The position numbers were made by a program, and so were the translations under genes. Positions 24,291 through 39,300 of a DNA stretch of 64,000 bases are shown here, piece by piece (position 1 is the first letter of the stretch; every line of letters starts with the position of its first letter). Origin of the DNA: Mobula hypostoma (lineage: Eukaryota); assembly GCF_963921235.1 (NCBI RefSeq), contig NC_086097.1, forward strand, positions 105,712,001-105,776,000. The letters are read 5' to 3'. The notes beneath the pieces were generated by a model. It was not told the origin of the DNA, made no database searches, and saw only the letters and a list, made by a program, of their open reading frames with translations.

Positions 24291-27200
24291 ATGAAGAACC
24301 TATCAATCCCTGCCTTAAATACATCCAATAATCTGTCCTCCACAGCTGCACGAGGCAACAAATTCCACAAATGCACCACCCTCTGGCTAAAGAAAGTTCT
24401 CCATATTTCTTTTTTAAAATGGACACCCTTCTATCCTGAGGCTGTGTCCGCTTGTCCTAGATTCACCCATCATGGGAATCATCCTTTCCACATCTACTCT
24501 GTCTGGCCTTTCAACATTCAAGTTTCAATATCATCCCCCCTCACCCTTCTAAATTTCAGTGAGTACAGACCCAGAGCATCAAACGTTCCTCGTATGATAA
24601 CCCTTTCATTCCCGGAATCATCCTTGTCAGCCTCCTCTGACCCATTTCCAATGCCAGCACATCTTTTCTTAGATGAGGAGCCCAAAACTGTTCACATACC
24701 TTATAAAGACTCAGCATCACGTCCTTGCTCTTGTATTCAAGCCCTCTTGAAATGAATGCTATGGTGCCACGGTTTGGTTGCTCATGCTTCCTATATCCCT
24801 TACAGGGAGCAACAGTCTCAGACCTTTTGGGCATGCTCAAGGGCTGAGGCTCCTCCAGTACCGTCTCTAAGATTCACCTACCTGCCTCACTCGTATTCAC
24901 ACCTTCTTGGCCCTGGCCCCAGACGAAATTTGAAGTAGTTATTTTAATGGCTCCTGAAACTGTGTCCATATAACTCTCCCCTGCCCCCCTTTTAATCTGA
25001 AAGAAATGGCAAAAGTTATAGTAGAGGCTTTTGAGATAATTTACCAAAATAGTCTGATGGAGATTCCATCAGATTGGAAGACAGCAAATGTCACCACTGT
25101 TGAAAAAAGTTTGTTGGCAAAAAGTTGTTAACTGTAGGCCAGTTAGCTTAATGTCTGTAGTCTTAAAGCTATCATTCAGGAAGAAATGGTGAAACATTTG
25201 GATTGAAGTGGTTCCATTAGGCAAACATAACATGATTTCAGGAAGGGCAGGCCCTGTATGACAAACTTACTGGAGTTTGCTGAGGATACAACGAGCACAG
25301 TGGATAAAAGGCAACAAGTGGTAGTTGTTTACTTAGATTTCTGGAAGGTGTTCAATAATGTGCTGCATAAAAGACTTATCTGTAAGATAATGATGCATAA
25401 CTTTGGGGATAATGTTATTAGTAAGGATAGAGGATTAGTTATCCAATAGATAAATGGGTCTTTCTCTGGTTGGCGATTAGTGGGGAGTTGAGTGCTCAGG
25501 GGTCAGTGCTGGACTTGCAATCTTTCACTATATTAACGATTTGGAAGTTGAGGCCAAATATATTGCATCAAGGTTTGCTCGTAATTAAATTGTGCAGAAA
25601 CACCATTAGTGCAGAGACTGCAGAGTGCCAGCTGTGAGTTATAGGTAGGTTAAATGGGTGGGCAAAGGTCTAGCAAATAGACTACAATGTTTGTAAATGC
25701 AAGGTCATCCACTTTGTAAAGAAAAATAGAAAATCAGATTATTCCTTAAATGGTGAAAGATTGCAGCATGCTTTTGTGAAGAGGGCTTTGGAGTGCTGGT
25801 ACATGAATTGCAAAAGGTTGGTTTGCAGGTGGAACAGGTTATCAAGAAGGCAAATGGAATGTTGACTTTCATTACTGGAAAGGCTAAGTTTAAGATCAGG
25901 GATGTTACACTACTACTATTGGTTGAAGGCCATACTGTATGTAGTTCTGGTCTCCTTGATAAAGTATGTACTGGCTTTGAGGTGGTGCAGAGGAGGCTCA
26001 CCAGGTTGATTCTGGAGGTATGGAGTTAGCCTATTAAGAGGGATTGAGTTGCCTGGCTCTATACTCACTAGAATGAGAAAGGATCTTCTGAAATAAAATC
26101 AATAAAGAGGTGGATTAGATTGAGGCAGAAGAATTGTTTCCACAGCTGGTAGGTGACACTAGATCTAAAGATTCAGAGAAATTAGGTCTAAGATGCGGAG
26201 GAACTACTTTTCCCTGAGAGTATTGAATCTGTGGAATTCTCCATCCAAGGAAGAGTAGAGGCTTGTCAGATATAGTGAAGACCTCAGTTTTGCATCAAAG
26301 GGGAGTTATGGAAAAAAGACAGGTGGATGGAGCTGAGTACATGGCCAGATCAATCATGATCTTATTGAATGGTGGAGCAGGCTCAATGGGCCAAATGGCC
26401 TATTCCTGTACCTATTTCTTACGTTCTGATGTTGGTCATGTCTTTACTAGCTCAATTGAGGTATTTGAAGAGATGACCAAGTTGATCAATGAGGGTACAG
26501 CAGTAGAAGTTGTCTACTTGGATTTTTGTAGGGCATTCGCCAGGGTCCTTATGGAAGGCTGATCCAGAATGTTAAGATGAATGAGATCCATGGTGATTTG
26601 GCCATTTGGATTTTGAATTGGCTTGCCCATTGAAAAGAGGTAGTGGTCTGTGGGCCTTATTCTGGATAAAATTCATGACTAGTGGTGTTCTGTAAGGATC
26701 TATATTGAGATTTCTGCTCTGTGACGATAACTTGTAAGAAAATGTGAATGGCGGGTATGTAAGCTTACATACTGACACATATTGGTGGCATTGTGGATGC
26801 TGTAGAAGGTTGCTAAAGGATGGAACGGTATATAGATCAGTTGGAAATATGAGTGGATAATTGGCAGATAGAATGTAATCCAGGTAAGTATGAGTTGCTG
26901 CACTTTGGGAGATCAAATATAAAGGGATTAGCAAGGGCATCAAAGGTTGAGAGAGATAATAAATCAGCCTTGATGGAATGGAGGAGCAGATTTGTTGAGC
27001 CAAATGGCCTAATTCTGCTCCAGTGTCTTATGGAAGTTCACAGTTACTAATAGGCCCCTAACAATTTTAGTGTGCGGGGGATCTTGGTGTCCAAGTCCAT
27101 GGCTCCTTGAAAGTTGCTGTACAAGTTAAGAGGGTAAAAAGAAGGCACATGATATGCTGGCCTTTATTGATTAAGCATTGAGTTGACGTCAGGAAGTTAT

Positions 27201-28275
27201 GTTGCAGCCCTATAAAACATCTGGAATATTGTATTAGTTCTCATTTCCACTGTTTTGGAAGGATGTGCAGGCAATGGAGAAAGAGCACAAAACACTTACT
27301 AAACTGGATTCGAGGGAATGTGCTATAAGGAAGGGTTAGATAAGCTAAAATTGTTTTCTCTAGAGTGGCAGAAGCTAAGGGGAGAAGTTTTATAAAATTG
27401 AGGCATAGATAATGAATCAGCCAGTGTCTTTTACGGAGGGTTGAAATGTCTAACATTAGACACTTAAGGTGAGAGGAGGTAAACTAAAGGAGATGTGTAT
27501 AGCAAGTTTCTTTTCTACACATTTGATGGGTGCATGAAGTACAGTGCCAAGGGTGGTGGTAGAGCATACATTAGATGTATGTAAAAGGCTCTTGGACATC
27601 AATATGTAGAGAATGGAGGAATATGGATCATGTGCAAATAGAAGGGACTTGATCCCAGATTTGGCACAATATCATGGGCCCGAGAGCCTGTTCCTGTATT
27701 GTACTAAGAGAAACAGCATGTTGCCTTTTGTTGCAAAGTGGTTGGAGTTTAAGGTTAGAGAGGTTTCATTGAGGTTATGCAGGGTGCTGGTGAGGTCACA
27801 CCTAGAATAATGTTTTAGTCCCACTACTTAAAAAATATAGGAGACAGACCAAAGGAGACTCGCCTGGCTAAATGCCTGGGATCAGAGGATTGTCCGATCA
27901 AGTGAGGCTAGAGAGTTTGGGTTTGCAAGTTTAGAAGAATGGTGGATAGCTTTTTGCAAAGATATAAAATCTTATGGGGGATTGATGGGTTAGATGGGAT
28001 GTTCTCACCTGTGGGCGAATCACAAATGAAGTATAAAATAAGGGTCTCATCACTTAACTCAAGTATGTAGAAATTTATTTGTGATTCTCTCTCCAAGGTC
28101 GGTAGAGGCCAGGTCATTGGATATATTTTAGGTAGAGAAAGATAAATAATTGAAGGATTGAGGAATTGAGAGTTATCAGGAACTGGCACTAAAGAGTTGA
28201 GGCCAGTGTAGATCAGGCATGATAGTGATGGATAGTGGGTAAGCTTGAGGGACTGAATGGCCTACTCCTTCTGTT
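24291..28275. mobile_element. Cluster of decayed CR1 LINE fragments (24291-24760 minus; ~24995-28275 several plus-strand pieces)
   Basis: Repeated CR1 RT motifs (TNLLEF.E, VVYLDF, KKANGML.FI) and several CR1 tails (ATGGCCTA.TCCTG). Confidence 0.75.
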
Positions 28276-29889
28276 TTTTTGTCTGCAAATGTCAGGCAAC
28301 ATGCATCATTCCCTGATGGAGGGTTTTGGTAAAAACAGATGCTCAAGCAGTTTTTTTTGGCAGGATCTACAAAACTTTTTTTGACATGGATGTGCCCTGG
28401 TCTTGCAGCAGAATCTTGCCCCTTTTAACTTGTGTTACTGGATTTGGATTGGGAAGTAAGAGGACCAACTTGCATGCTATTCCTTGTACACTGATAACAT
28501 CTATTTTCTTGGATAATTCCTATAGAAGCAAATATGGTGGGTCAGAGGGCCTGTTCCTGTGCAATACTGTGCAGACCTAATATATAGTGTGGTACTGTTT
28601 AGAGCACAATATCACCAAATGTATAGGTTTTTTTTCCTGATTGCTGGAAATTGTAAGATTGGATGACACACATTTGTCTGTATTGCAGTTTGAGCTTCAA
28701 AATACTTTAGCTACAAAGTTGCTTTGGGTATTGTGAAACTTTGGAAAATCTTTCCCTTTGTGTCTTGCACTTTGTTCAAGAACTCCACTGTAAAGCTAAT
28801 ATGTTGACTGATATATTGCAATTTTAACTTCTTGCTCATTCCTTGAAAGCATGCAGCAGGAGACTTCATGGTAACACAGTGGTGTGACAAGGGTTGCTCC
28901 CATTTGATATGTCCTTGTGTAAACATTGTAAAATAACACTTCAACACTTGCATGCCGTTCCAATGTTTCATTTAAATATCTTTGCAGTAAAGCAGGTGTA
29001 GGGTACAGTTATGGATTATTAGTTAGTGGGACTATCTCATCACAACTAAATGTACGCGGGTTGACCGCTATTGTTATGAATGTTTAAAACCACTTTCCTC
29101 TCTCTTTAGAAAATCTTCAAGCTCAGATTATGTTTTTTTACAATAAGCTCTGCATAAGTCATTGCAGAGCTCTAGATGTGTCAAACATTTGCAAACAATT
29201 TAGCAGTTGCATTAACACTTCTAATTTTCAAACTTTGGGAAGATGCTACTGCTACCATGTCGGGTTTGGGTTACTTGTCATTTAGTGGAACATAAAAGGA
29301 GGTTTTCCTCCTTGCTGGAGGAATGTAGGTGTTTCTGTTGTGTTGTAGTGTAGGTGTATTTGTCTTGGCCCAGCTGGTAATAGGAAATGGAAACATTCAA
29401 TTGTTAAACATCATGCTTCATGACCTTCTAGCATCACTGTCAGTGTAGTCATAGTCACTATTGTAATGCAATGCAGCTTCCAGTTTACTTACAGCAATCC
29501 CCTCACCGTCATCTTTACCTTGCTGTCCTTCAGAGAATAGCCATTCCTTGTCCAACAACCAATGCACTCACACTTTCTTACACCATACTATTAAGTGCAT
29601 TAGCCTTGATCTTGCCAGCATAAATAATTAAGGTACTTCCTTTTATTTGTAAGAAAATAAAATGTTATGTGACATTCTTGTGTTTCTTTCCTTTATCCTC
29701 TGATAGAGTACCCCAACCCAGTGAACCCTTGTTTTATGTAGCAGTTTGTAAGTGTTACCTCATGAAATGGCTTTTGAAATTCAGCTTGTGCTGTTTGCCT
29801 GGTTTTCTCTCACCACCAAGCTAAATCTCAAGGTTGTATGTGGTTTACATACTTTGATCATAAATTTACTTTGATAAATTGCTCTGTCC

Positions 29890-32800
29890 CCTTGACTTGC
29901 CTATTATGATGTGAAATTTGTTGTTTTGTGGCACCTTTTGATGCACCACCTTTTAGAGATGCCCTCGATGGTGAGGAGTGTTGCGGCTGAGTCTACAACC
30001 CTTTACAGCAGGGGTCTCCAACCTGGGGTCCATGGTATAAAAAAAGGTTGGGAATCTTGAGATCTTGTGCATTGAATCTTCCAGTCAGAATGCTCTCCAC
30101 TATATATCTGTAGAAATGTATCCTTGGTTACATGCCAAATCTCCTAACAAAGTAGTGCATTGACATGCCTTGTTCGAGGTTGCATCAATGTGTTGAGCAT
30201 AGTATGCGGAATAAGATAGATCAAATTGTATCACAGTTGCAGATTGGCAGGTATGATGTTGTAGGCATCACTAAATTCTGGCTGAAAGAAGATTATAGCT
30301 GGGAGCTAAGTGTCCAGGAATACACATTATATTGAAAGGACAGTTTGCAAGGCAGAGTGGGCGGCATTGCCCTGTTGGTAAAAAGCGAAATCAAGTCATG
30401 AGAAAGAGGTGACATAGGGTTGGAAGGTGTTGAATCTTTGTGGATAGAGCTAAGGAACTGCAAGCGTAAAAAGACCCTGATGCGAGTTGTATACAGACCC
30501 CTAAACTGTAGTAATGATGTGGCTTACAGATTACAATGGGAGGTAGAAAAGGTATGCCAAAAGGCCAATTTTACAATAGTCATGGAGGACTTCAATATAC
30601 AGGTAGATTGGGAAAATCAGGTTGGTGCTGGATTCTAGGAGGGGGAATTTTTTGAATGCCTATGAGATGGCTTTTTAGAGCAGCTCATGGTTGAACCCAC
30701 TAGTGGATCAGCTATTCTGGATTGGATGTTGTGCAATGAACCAGAATTGCTTAGGGAGCTTAAGGTGAAAGAACCCTTAAGGAAAAATGATCATAATATG
30801 ATTGAATTCACCCTGAAGTTTGAGAAAGAACCTAAAGTCAGATGTATCAGTATTACAGTGGAGTAAAGGGAATTACAGAGGCATGAGAGGGGAGTTGCCC
30901 AGAATTGATTGGAAAAGAACACTGCCAGGGCAGCAATGGCTGGAATTTTTGGACGCAATTCAGAAGGCACAAGATATATACATTCCAAAGCAGAAGTAGT
31001 ATTCTAAAGGCAAGATGACACAACCGTGGCTAACAAGAGTTCAAAAAGTTCAAAGTAAAATTTATTATCAGAGTACGTGCATGACACCACATACAACCCT
31101 GCAATTCTTTTTCTGTGGACATACTTAGCAAATCTATAGAACAGTAACTGTAAACATCAAGGACTGTTAACAGTAAACTGCAAACACAGATATAAATAAA
31201 TAGCAATGACTAAGTCAACGTAGTGATGACTAATGAGCATGAATCAACAATATAACAGAGTCCTTAAATGAGTGTAGCTATCCCCTTTTGTTCAAGAGCC
31301 TGATGGTTGAGGGGTAGTAACTGATCTTGAACTTGATAGTATGAGTCTTAAGGCAGCTGAACCTTATACCTGATGGGAGCAAGGAGAAAAGGGCATGGCC
31401 TGGGTAGTGAGGATCATTATTGATGGATGTTGCTTTTCTCTAGCAAGGTTTCATGTAGATTTGCTCAATGGTTAGGAGGGTTTTACCCGTGATGTACTGG
31501 GCCGAATCCACTACCTTTTGTAGGATCTTCTGCTGAAAGGCATTGGTGTTCCCGTACCAAACTGTAATGTAGCCAGTCAGCGTACTTTACACCACACATC
31601 CTTAGAAGTTTGCCAAAGTCTTTAATGATGTGCTGAAGTTCCGCAGACTCTTGAGGAAGTAGAGTCACTGCCATGCTTTCTTTGCAGTAATATTTATGTG
31701 ATGGGTCCAGGACAGATCCTCTAAGATAGTTACACTCAGGAATTTAAAGTTACTGTCCCTCTCCACATCTGATCCTCTGATGATTACTGGATCATGGACC
31801 TCTGGTTTCCCTCTCCTAATGTCCACAATCAGTTCCTTGATCTTATTGACATTGAGTAACAAAAGAAGTCAAAGCCAACATCAAAACCAAAGACAGGGCA
31901 TAAAATAGAACAAAAATTAATGGGAAGTTAGAAGATTGGGAAACTTTTTAAAACCAAAAGAAGGCTACTAAAATGCCTTTAAGAAGGTAAAGATGGAATA
32001 TAAAAATAAACTAGTCAATAATATTAAAGAGGATACCAAAAGTTTCTTCAGATACATACAGTGTAAAAGAGAGGCGAGAATGGATATTGGACCACTGGAA
32101 AGCAATGCTGGAGAGGTAGTAATGGAGGATAAGGAAATGGCAGACGAACTGAATAAGTATCTTGCGTCAGTCTTCACTGTGGAAGACACTAGCAGTATGG
32201 TGGAAGTTCCAGGTGTCAGGGGTCATGAAATGTGTTAAGTTACGACTACTAGGGAGAAGGTTCTTGGGAAAGTGAAAGGTCTGAAGGTAGATAAGTCACC
32301 CGGACCAGATGATGTATGCCCCAGAGTTCTGAAAGAGGTGGCTGAAGAGACTGTGGAGGCATTAGTAACCATCTTTTGAGAATCACTAGATTGGTGCTGG
32401 AAGACTGGAAAATTGCAAATGTCACTCCATTCTTCAAGACGGAAGAGAGGCAGAAGAAAGGAAACTATAGACCGATTAGCCTGATCTCAGTAGTTGGGAA
32501 GATGTTGAAGTTGGGTTATTAAGTATGAGGTCTCAGTGTACTTGGAGGCACATAGGCTGTAGTCAGCATGGTTTCCTCAAGGGAAATCTTCCCTGAAATT
32601 CTGTTGGAATTCTTTGAAGAAATAATCAATGGGATAGTCAGGAGAATCGGTTGATGTGTACTTGAATTTTCAAAAAGTCTTTGAGAACATGAGGCTGCTT
32701 AACAAGTTATGAGCCCATGCTATTACAGGAAAAATTCTAGCATGGATAAAGCAGTGGCTGATTGGCAGGAGACAGAGGGTGGGAATAAAGGGAGCTTTAT

Positions 32801-35400
32801 TGGCTGGCTGCTGGAGACGAGTGGTTTTACACAGGGGTCTATGTTGGGACCGATTCTTTTTACGTTATATGTCAGTGATTTGGATGATGGAATTGATGGC
32901 TTTGTTACAAAATTTACAGGTGGAGAGGCATGTAGTTTTGAGGAAGTAGAGAGGCTGTAGGGCTTAGACAGATTAGGAGAATGGGCAAAGAAATGGCAAA
33001 TGGAATACAGTGTAGGGAAGTGTATTGTCATGCACTTCGGTAGAAGAAATGAAAGAGTTGACTATTTGCCAAATGGAGAGAAAATACAAAAATCTGAGGT
33101 GCGCAGGGACTTGGGAGACCTTGTGCAAGGTTCCCTAAAGGTTAATTTGCAGGTTGAGTCTGTGGTGAGGAAGGCAAATGCAGTGTTAGTATTCATTTCA
33201 AGAGGACTAGAAATTAAAATCAAGGATGTAATGTTGAGGCTTTATAAGGCAGTGACAAGGCCTCACTGGGAATATTGTGAGCAGTCTTTGGCTCCTTATC
33301 TTAGAAAGGATGTGCTGAAACTGGAGGGGGTTCAAAGGAAGTTCAGGAAAATGATTCCAGGATTGAATGGTTTGTCATATGAAGAGCTTCTGTTGGCCCT
33401 GGGCCAGTATTCACTAGAATTCAGAAGAATGAGGGGTAACCTAATTGAACCTATCGAATGTGAAAGGCCTTGATGGAGTGGATGTGAAGAGGATGTCTCC
33501 TATGGTTGGAGAGTCTAAGACCAGAGGACACAGACTCAGAATAGAGGTGTGTCCTTTTAGAACTGAGATGAGGAGGAATTTCTTTAGCCAGAGAGTGGTG
33601 AATCTGTGGAATTCTTTGCCACAGGCAGCTGTGGAGGCCAACTTGTTTATATTTAAGACCATAAGATGTAGGAGCAGAATTAGGCCATTTGGCCCATCGA
33701 GTCTGCTCCACCATTCAATCATGGCAGATCCTTTTTTCCCCCCCCCCTTTTCAACCCCATTCTCTGGCCTTCTCCCTGTAACCTTTGATGCTATGTCCAA
33801 TCAAGAACCTATCAGGCTCTGCCAAATACACCCAACAAACTGTGGTAACAAATTCCACAAATTCACTGCCCTTTGGCTAAAGAAATTTCTCTGCATCTAT
33901 GTTTTAAATGGACACCCCTCTATCCTGAGGCTGTGCCCTCTTGTCCTAGACTCTCCCACCATGGGAAACATCCTTTCCACATCTACTCTGTCTAGGCCTT
34001 TCAACATTCGAAAGGTTTCAATGAGGTCCCCCCTCACCCTTCTAATTCCAGCGAGTACAGACCCAGAGCCATCAAACATTCCTCGTATGATAACCCTTTC
34101 ATTCCCAGAATTATCTTTGTGAACCGCCTCTAGACCCTCTCCAATGCCAGCTTATCTTTTCTTAGATGAGGAGCCCAAAACTGGCAGAGGTTAATAGATT
34201 CTTGATTAGTCAGGACATGAAGGGATACAAGGAGAAGGTAGGAGATTGGAACTGAGAGGAAAATTGAATCAGCCATGATGAAATAGTGGAGCATACTTGA
34301 TGGGTCGAATTGCCTAATTTTGCTCCTTTATCTTATGGTCCAAGATGTTGATGCTGGGAAACTTGAAACGGCTCACCATTTTCATCAATGACGGTGTCAA
34401 TGAGTTTTTGTGGGTGTTCTCCGCACTTTCTTGTCCCAGTCCTCATTCAGTTCTTTGGTCTTGTTGATATTGAGTGCAAGGTTGTTGCGATGCCATTCAA
34501 TCAGCTGATCTTTCTCACTCCTGTCGGTCTTCTCATCGTGATCTGAGATTCTGCAGACAGCTGTGCGTCATCAGCAAATTCATACATGATGTTTGAGCTG
34601 TGCTTAGCCATGTAGTCATAACCGTAGAGAGAGTAGAGTAGTGGGCTAAGTGTGTATTCCTGAGCTGCATCTGAGTTGATAGTCAGCGAGGAGAAGGTGT
34701 TATTACTTATCTGCGCTGGCTGTTTCTTCCAATAAGGAAGATGAGGATCCAATCGCAGAGGCCAAGGTTTTGAAATGTTGTTGTTAGTACTGAGGGAATA
34801 ATGGTGTTGAACACCCGAGCTACGATAAATGAGCAATAACGTGCTATATGTTGTGTTACTGCCAAAGTAGAGTGGAGAACCAGTGAGATTGGCTTTGCTG
34901 TGGATCTGCTTTGGCAGCAGGTGAATTGCACAGGTCTAGGCAGGAGTTAATGTTAGCCATGTCCAACCTCCTGAGGCAATTCATTCCAGTAGATATCAGC
35001 ACATTGAAGAGGCTCACCCTGCTGTTGAGCACTGGAATAACTGCTCTTCTTTTGAAGCAGATGGGATCCTCAGTCTGCAAAAGCGAGAGATTGAAGACTG
35101 TGGCCAGTTAGTCAGCAAAGGTTTTCAATACCCCACCAGGTACACCACCAGGTCCTGATGCCTTACAAGGCTTCATTCTCTTGAAGGATGTTCAAAACAA
35201 GAGATCATAGGGTCGTTGAACACAGGACTTGCATGAGTATAGTGTTATTCTCTCTTTCAAAGTGTACAAAATGGTTTTGAGATCACTGGGGAGTGAAGCA
35301 GCATTGCTATTTTATGTTGGTAGGTTTCACCTTATAAGTAATGGCATGTAAACCCTACCACAACTGTCAGGTATCTGATCCTAACTTCACTCAGAGTTGC
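29890..35400 (-). mobile_element. Old Rex1/Babar LINE relic split by the CR1 at ~30200-34340
   Basis: Antisense Rex1 sequence stops at ~30200 and resumes at ~34340 (LSPLLYSLY, YEFADD). Confidence 0.65.
30200..34340 (+). mobile_element. CR1 LINE ORF2 relic with nested Rex1 (31040-31857, -) and CR1 tail (33655-34183, -)
   Basis: Motifs seen are ESLWIELRN, VYRP, EDFN, ADELNKY.ASVFT, QGS.LGP.LF.LY..DL and YCEQ..APYL.KD. The host sequence resumes after each nested piece. Confidence 0.82.
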
Positions 35401-35589
35401 CTATTTTCCTATTTTCTCAGTAAGTATAGTTCCCTATTTTCTTGATTTACTCTTGAACGATAGTACTACATTTCTGCTATTCCTGTTCCCGAATACAGAA
35501 AATTAATACGTACACCACCTGTCAGAACCTGTGAAATACTTTCACCACATTTTCTTGATGTTAGCCATCTCTTACCTATGTCCAATTGG

Positions 35590-37330
35590 AATATGGAACA
35601 GAAACAGAACCTTTGGCCGCTTCATCTGTGATGGCCGTGATGCCAAATTAAACTAATCCCATCTCCCCATATGTCCTCCATTCCCTGTTTTATCTGCATC
35701 CACCATCTTCACTGGCAGCGTGTTCTAGCCACCCATCACTTTATGCTTAGAAAAAAAATCTTGACTCTTCCATGAATTCCCACCCCCCCCAACTTAAATA
35801 TATAGTATGAGAAATTCCCACCCTGGGGGAGGAAAGTAACCACTGTTTACTCTATTTGTTGCCTTTCACAATCTTACAAACATTTATTACATCTTCTCTC
35901 GGCTTCCAGTGCTCCAGAGAAAGCAACACGAGTTTGTTCAAACTTTCCTTATAGCATGTGACCTCTAGTACAGGCAGCATCCTGGCAAACCTCTTGTGCA
36001 TCCTCTCTAAAACCTCCACATCCTTCCTATAATGGGGTGACCAGAACTAAATACAGCACTCCAGGTGTGACCTAACCAGTTTTATAAATCTACAATGTAA
36101 CTTTCTAAGTCTGAACTCAATTAATAAAGGCAAGTATGCCATGCTTCACCTTTATCACCTCCTCAACTAATGTGCGCAATTTGAGGGAGCCGTATACCTG
36201 GACCATAAGATGCTCTGTTCTTCAATACTGTTAAAGGTCCTGTCATTAAATGTACTCTCCCCTTGTATTTGATCTCCCCAAATGCAGCACCTCACACTTG
36301 TTCAGATTAAACTCCATGTGTCACTTCTCTGTCTATATCCCACTATATTGCTTGGCATCTTCTGTGCAGTCCAAAAGACCACCGATCTCTGTCGTATACA
36401 GTATAAGGTCCTAATGCAGAACACCACTTGTCACAGACCTCTATCCAGAGTAAGACCCGTCTGCCTGTACCCTCTGGGCAAGCAGATTTTGGATTCAATC
36501 ATCCAAGCCACCATGGATCTTGTGCATTCTAATTTTCTGGATGAGCCTACCTTGTTGAATGCTCTACCTTCTTCCATCACTTTTGTCACCTCCTCAAAAC
36601 TCAATCAGATTAGTCAGACATGACCTTCCCTGTAAAAGTTATGCTAGCTGTCCTTAGACCATGCTTCCCCAAATGCTCAAATCCTCTCAGTTCCCCTACC
36701 AGTAAAAGTAGGGGAACTATCTGGTCTATAATTTCCAGGTTTATCCCTATTTCCTTTGAACTAAGGAACAGCATTAGCTATCTGTGAATCATTTGGCAAA
36801 CACCATGGTTAGCTTGTGCTTCACTGTGTCCTTTGACAGCCTTCCTTGGTATCTACAACTCTGCTAATTTTTGTGTTGTCTGCAAACTTACTAACTGGCC
36901 CACTTACATTTTTATCTATATCTTTATACCACAAGCAAGGAACCTTGCTAAATGTTTTACTAAAATCCATTGAAACAATTGCACCATCCTCACCCTCATC
37001 ACATCCTCAATGAACTCGCTCATGTTTGTAATTCATTATCTGTCTCACACAAAGCCATGTTTAATAATTCTATACTTTTACAAATGTGAGTAAATCGTAT
37101 TAAGAATTTTATCCATATGCCACGTGGTCTTGCCCCCATTGGCTTTACTCCAATTTAGTACCCACCCACCCACTGCCTGCCTGAGATCCCATCTTACCCA
37201 TATCCTTAAATATCTCAAAATGTATGGCGTTATGATCATTGGTCCCAAAATATTCTCCCACTGAATTATCTGATTCCCTTGGCCTCACCATAGCATTAAT
37301 CTCATTCTTGGTTATTAGGTCTGCTCCTCA
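35590..37330 (-). mobile_element. Decayed CR1 fragments
   Basis: Antisense CR1 tail and RT-like segments (GGTGACCAGAACT..ACAGCACTCCAGGTGTG). Confidence 0.6.
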
Positions 37331-38668
37331 TTCATTTCCACTTGGTCTGATCTTTGTAATGCCACATGCCCCCTTTCCCATTGTTAGTCACTATGTAATC
37401 ACATCTTCATAAACAAGTTTAACTTAAACAATTATTATCTCTCTTGGTTCCATTAGTATGTTTGTTCTGAGTTTTCTGTGCATTCTAATATAGTGCCTTT
37501 AATTTTAATTTGCTCACACTTTATCTTGTTTTAGTTTACAAGCATAACACTGCTTGACTCTTGTCCCAGTCTGCTTATTGTTAACCAGACAGCTACTCCT
37601 GTCACAGGCCTCAAGCCGCAGGCTAATACATAAGGATGTGTGCACAGATGAGACTTTATTATCCCTATTGTCTCTGCTGTAGTCTAAGGCTATCGTTTCT
37701 GCCCTTTGGCCTAAGATTGCTGAAGTGATGCATCTTTTTTCAGTCACAACTGCTTCCTAACCACTGCTTACATCCCAGTTTTGTCCTGTTACATCCCCAC
37801 TCTTGAGGACTGGCCAAATCTCAGTGCTATCCCATTACATGCCCCACCCCTGACAATCATAATGCTGTTCCAGTACATGCCTCACTCCTGCTGCACTGTA
37901 ATGTCCTTTATTTCTGCAGGCTGTTCAGTGACTTGAAGCTGAAACTCCTCAGTGTGTGGCCAGATTTTGCTCTGGATCACACTAATTTTCACCTTCAACC
38001 ATGTGGCCAGAGGTAATCTGTTGTCACTGCTGTTAAATCTTATTTACACTTTAATTTATTTAATTGTTTCTTAGTTGTATTACATTGTTAATTTAAAGTA
38101 TTAGCAAATAAGAGCTCCTGTGTATTAGTTTAAATAATTTCAGTATCTATGTCAAAAATCATGTTACGGCTTGTCAACCAAACAGACTTGTATTCTTTCT
38201 TCCACCACCCTTAATGCTTTCTCTTTTGTTCTCATTCTCACTCTAACAACTTGGGTTTTGTCAACTCCTCTTCTCCACACCTATCTTTCTACCTCTCCCT
38301 GGATATCTCACTTTCCTCTCAAAGCTGTATGCCCTCCCGCTACCACTCTCTCTGCCTCAAACACTCTGGATCTTTCTTCAACACTGTTAATATCCTGGGA
38401 CCTCCCTCCTTGCCCTTGGGGTTGCTGTTGCTACTCATTCTATAGGAATTTTATAGGAATATTAGCCAAAAGTTCAAACACACTTGTACCACCTATACTT
38501 CATAACATAGAAATAAATAGGTAATTGTAATTGTGACTTGTAATTGCTTTTACACATGAGTATGAAATCTCTAGTGTGGAAATCTCTTTTGACTCAAGAT
38601 GTTCTTCCCTCTGACTGATGCTACTCAGCTTGCTAAGTTCCTCCAATGGACTGTGTGTTGCTCCAGTT

Positions 38669-39300
38669 TATTTCTGTCACTGGTACCAAGATGCAGCGAA
38701 AAGCTTCTCTTTTATATTGTTCATACATAACAAATGATTGCACAGTGCACTGAGGCAGAACAGGATAAAGTAATAACAATGTAGAATGAAGTGTAACACT
38801 ACTGAGAAAGTACAATGTAGATAGACAATAACCTGCAAGGTCCTAATGAGGTAGAGATTGTGAAGTCAACAACCCATCTTATTGTACTAGGTGATTGTTC
38901 ATTTGTCTTACGACAGTGGGATGGAAGCTGTGCTTGAGACTAGTAGTATTTGGTTTCAAGCTTTTGTAAATTTTGCCTGATTGGATGAGTGGGTGGGGGG
39001 TGTTGGGGAGAAGGGAGAATGTCTGATGGGTAGGGTTTTTGGTTTGTTGGCTGGTTTATGGAGACAATGAGAAGTGTGGAAAGAGTTCATGGAAGGGAGG
39101 CTAGTTTCCATGATGTGCTGAGCCATGTTCACAACTCTACAGTTTCTTTGAATCGCATGCGGAGTAGTTGCTTTATCAAGTTGCCACCTAGATTGGGTGC
39201 TTTCTGTGATGCATCAATTAAAAATTCACAAGGGTTGACACGGACATGTCAAGTTTCTTTAGCCTTCTGAGGAAACAAAGGTGTTGGTATGCTTTCCTGG
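38669..39300 (-). mobile_element. Old Rex1/Babar-type 3' fragment
   Basis: Antisense tail (TTTATTTCTGTCAC...) and GGAAGCTGTGCTTGAGAC...TTTCAAGCTTTTGTA, similar to the other Rex1 tails. Confidence 0.55.

Noticed and set aside
30009..30059. Tiny hAT/Charlie-like MITE (CAGGGGTCTCCAACCT...AGGTTGGGAATCTTG); similar end at ~3048
   Set aside because: The TIRs are imperfect and no matching 8-bp TSD was found, so it is too weak to call.
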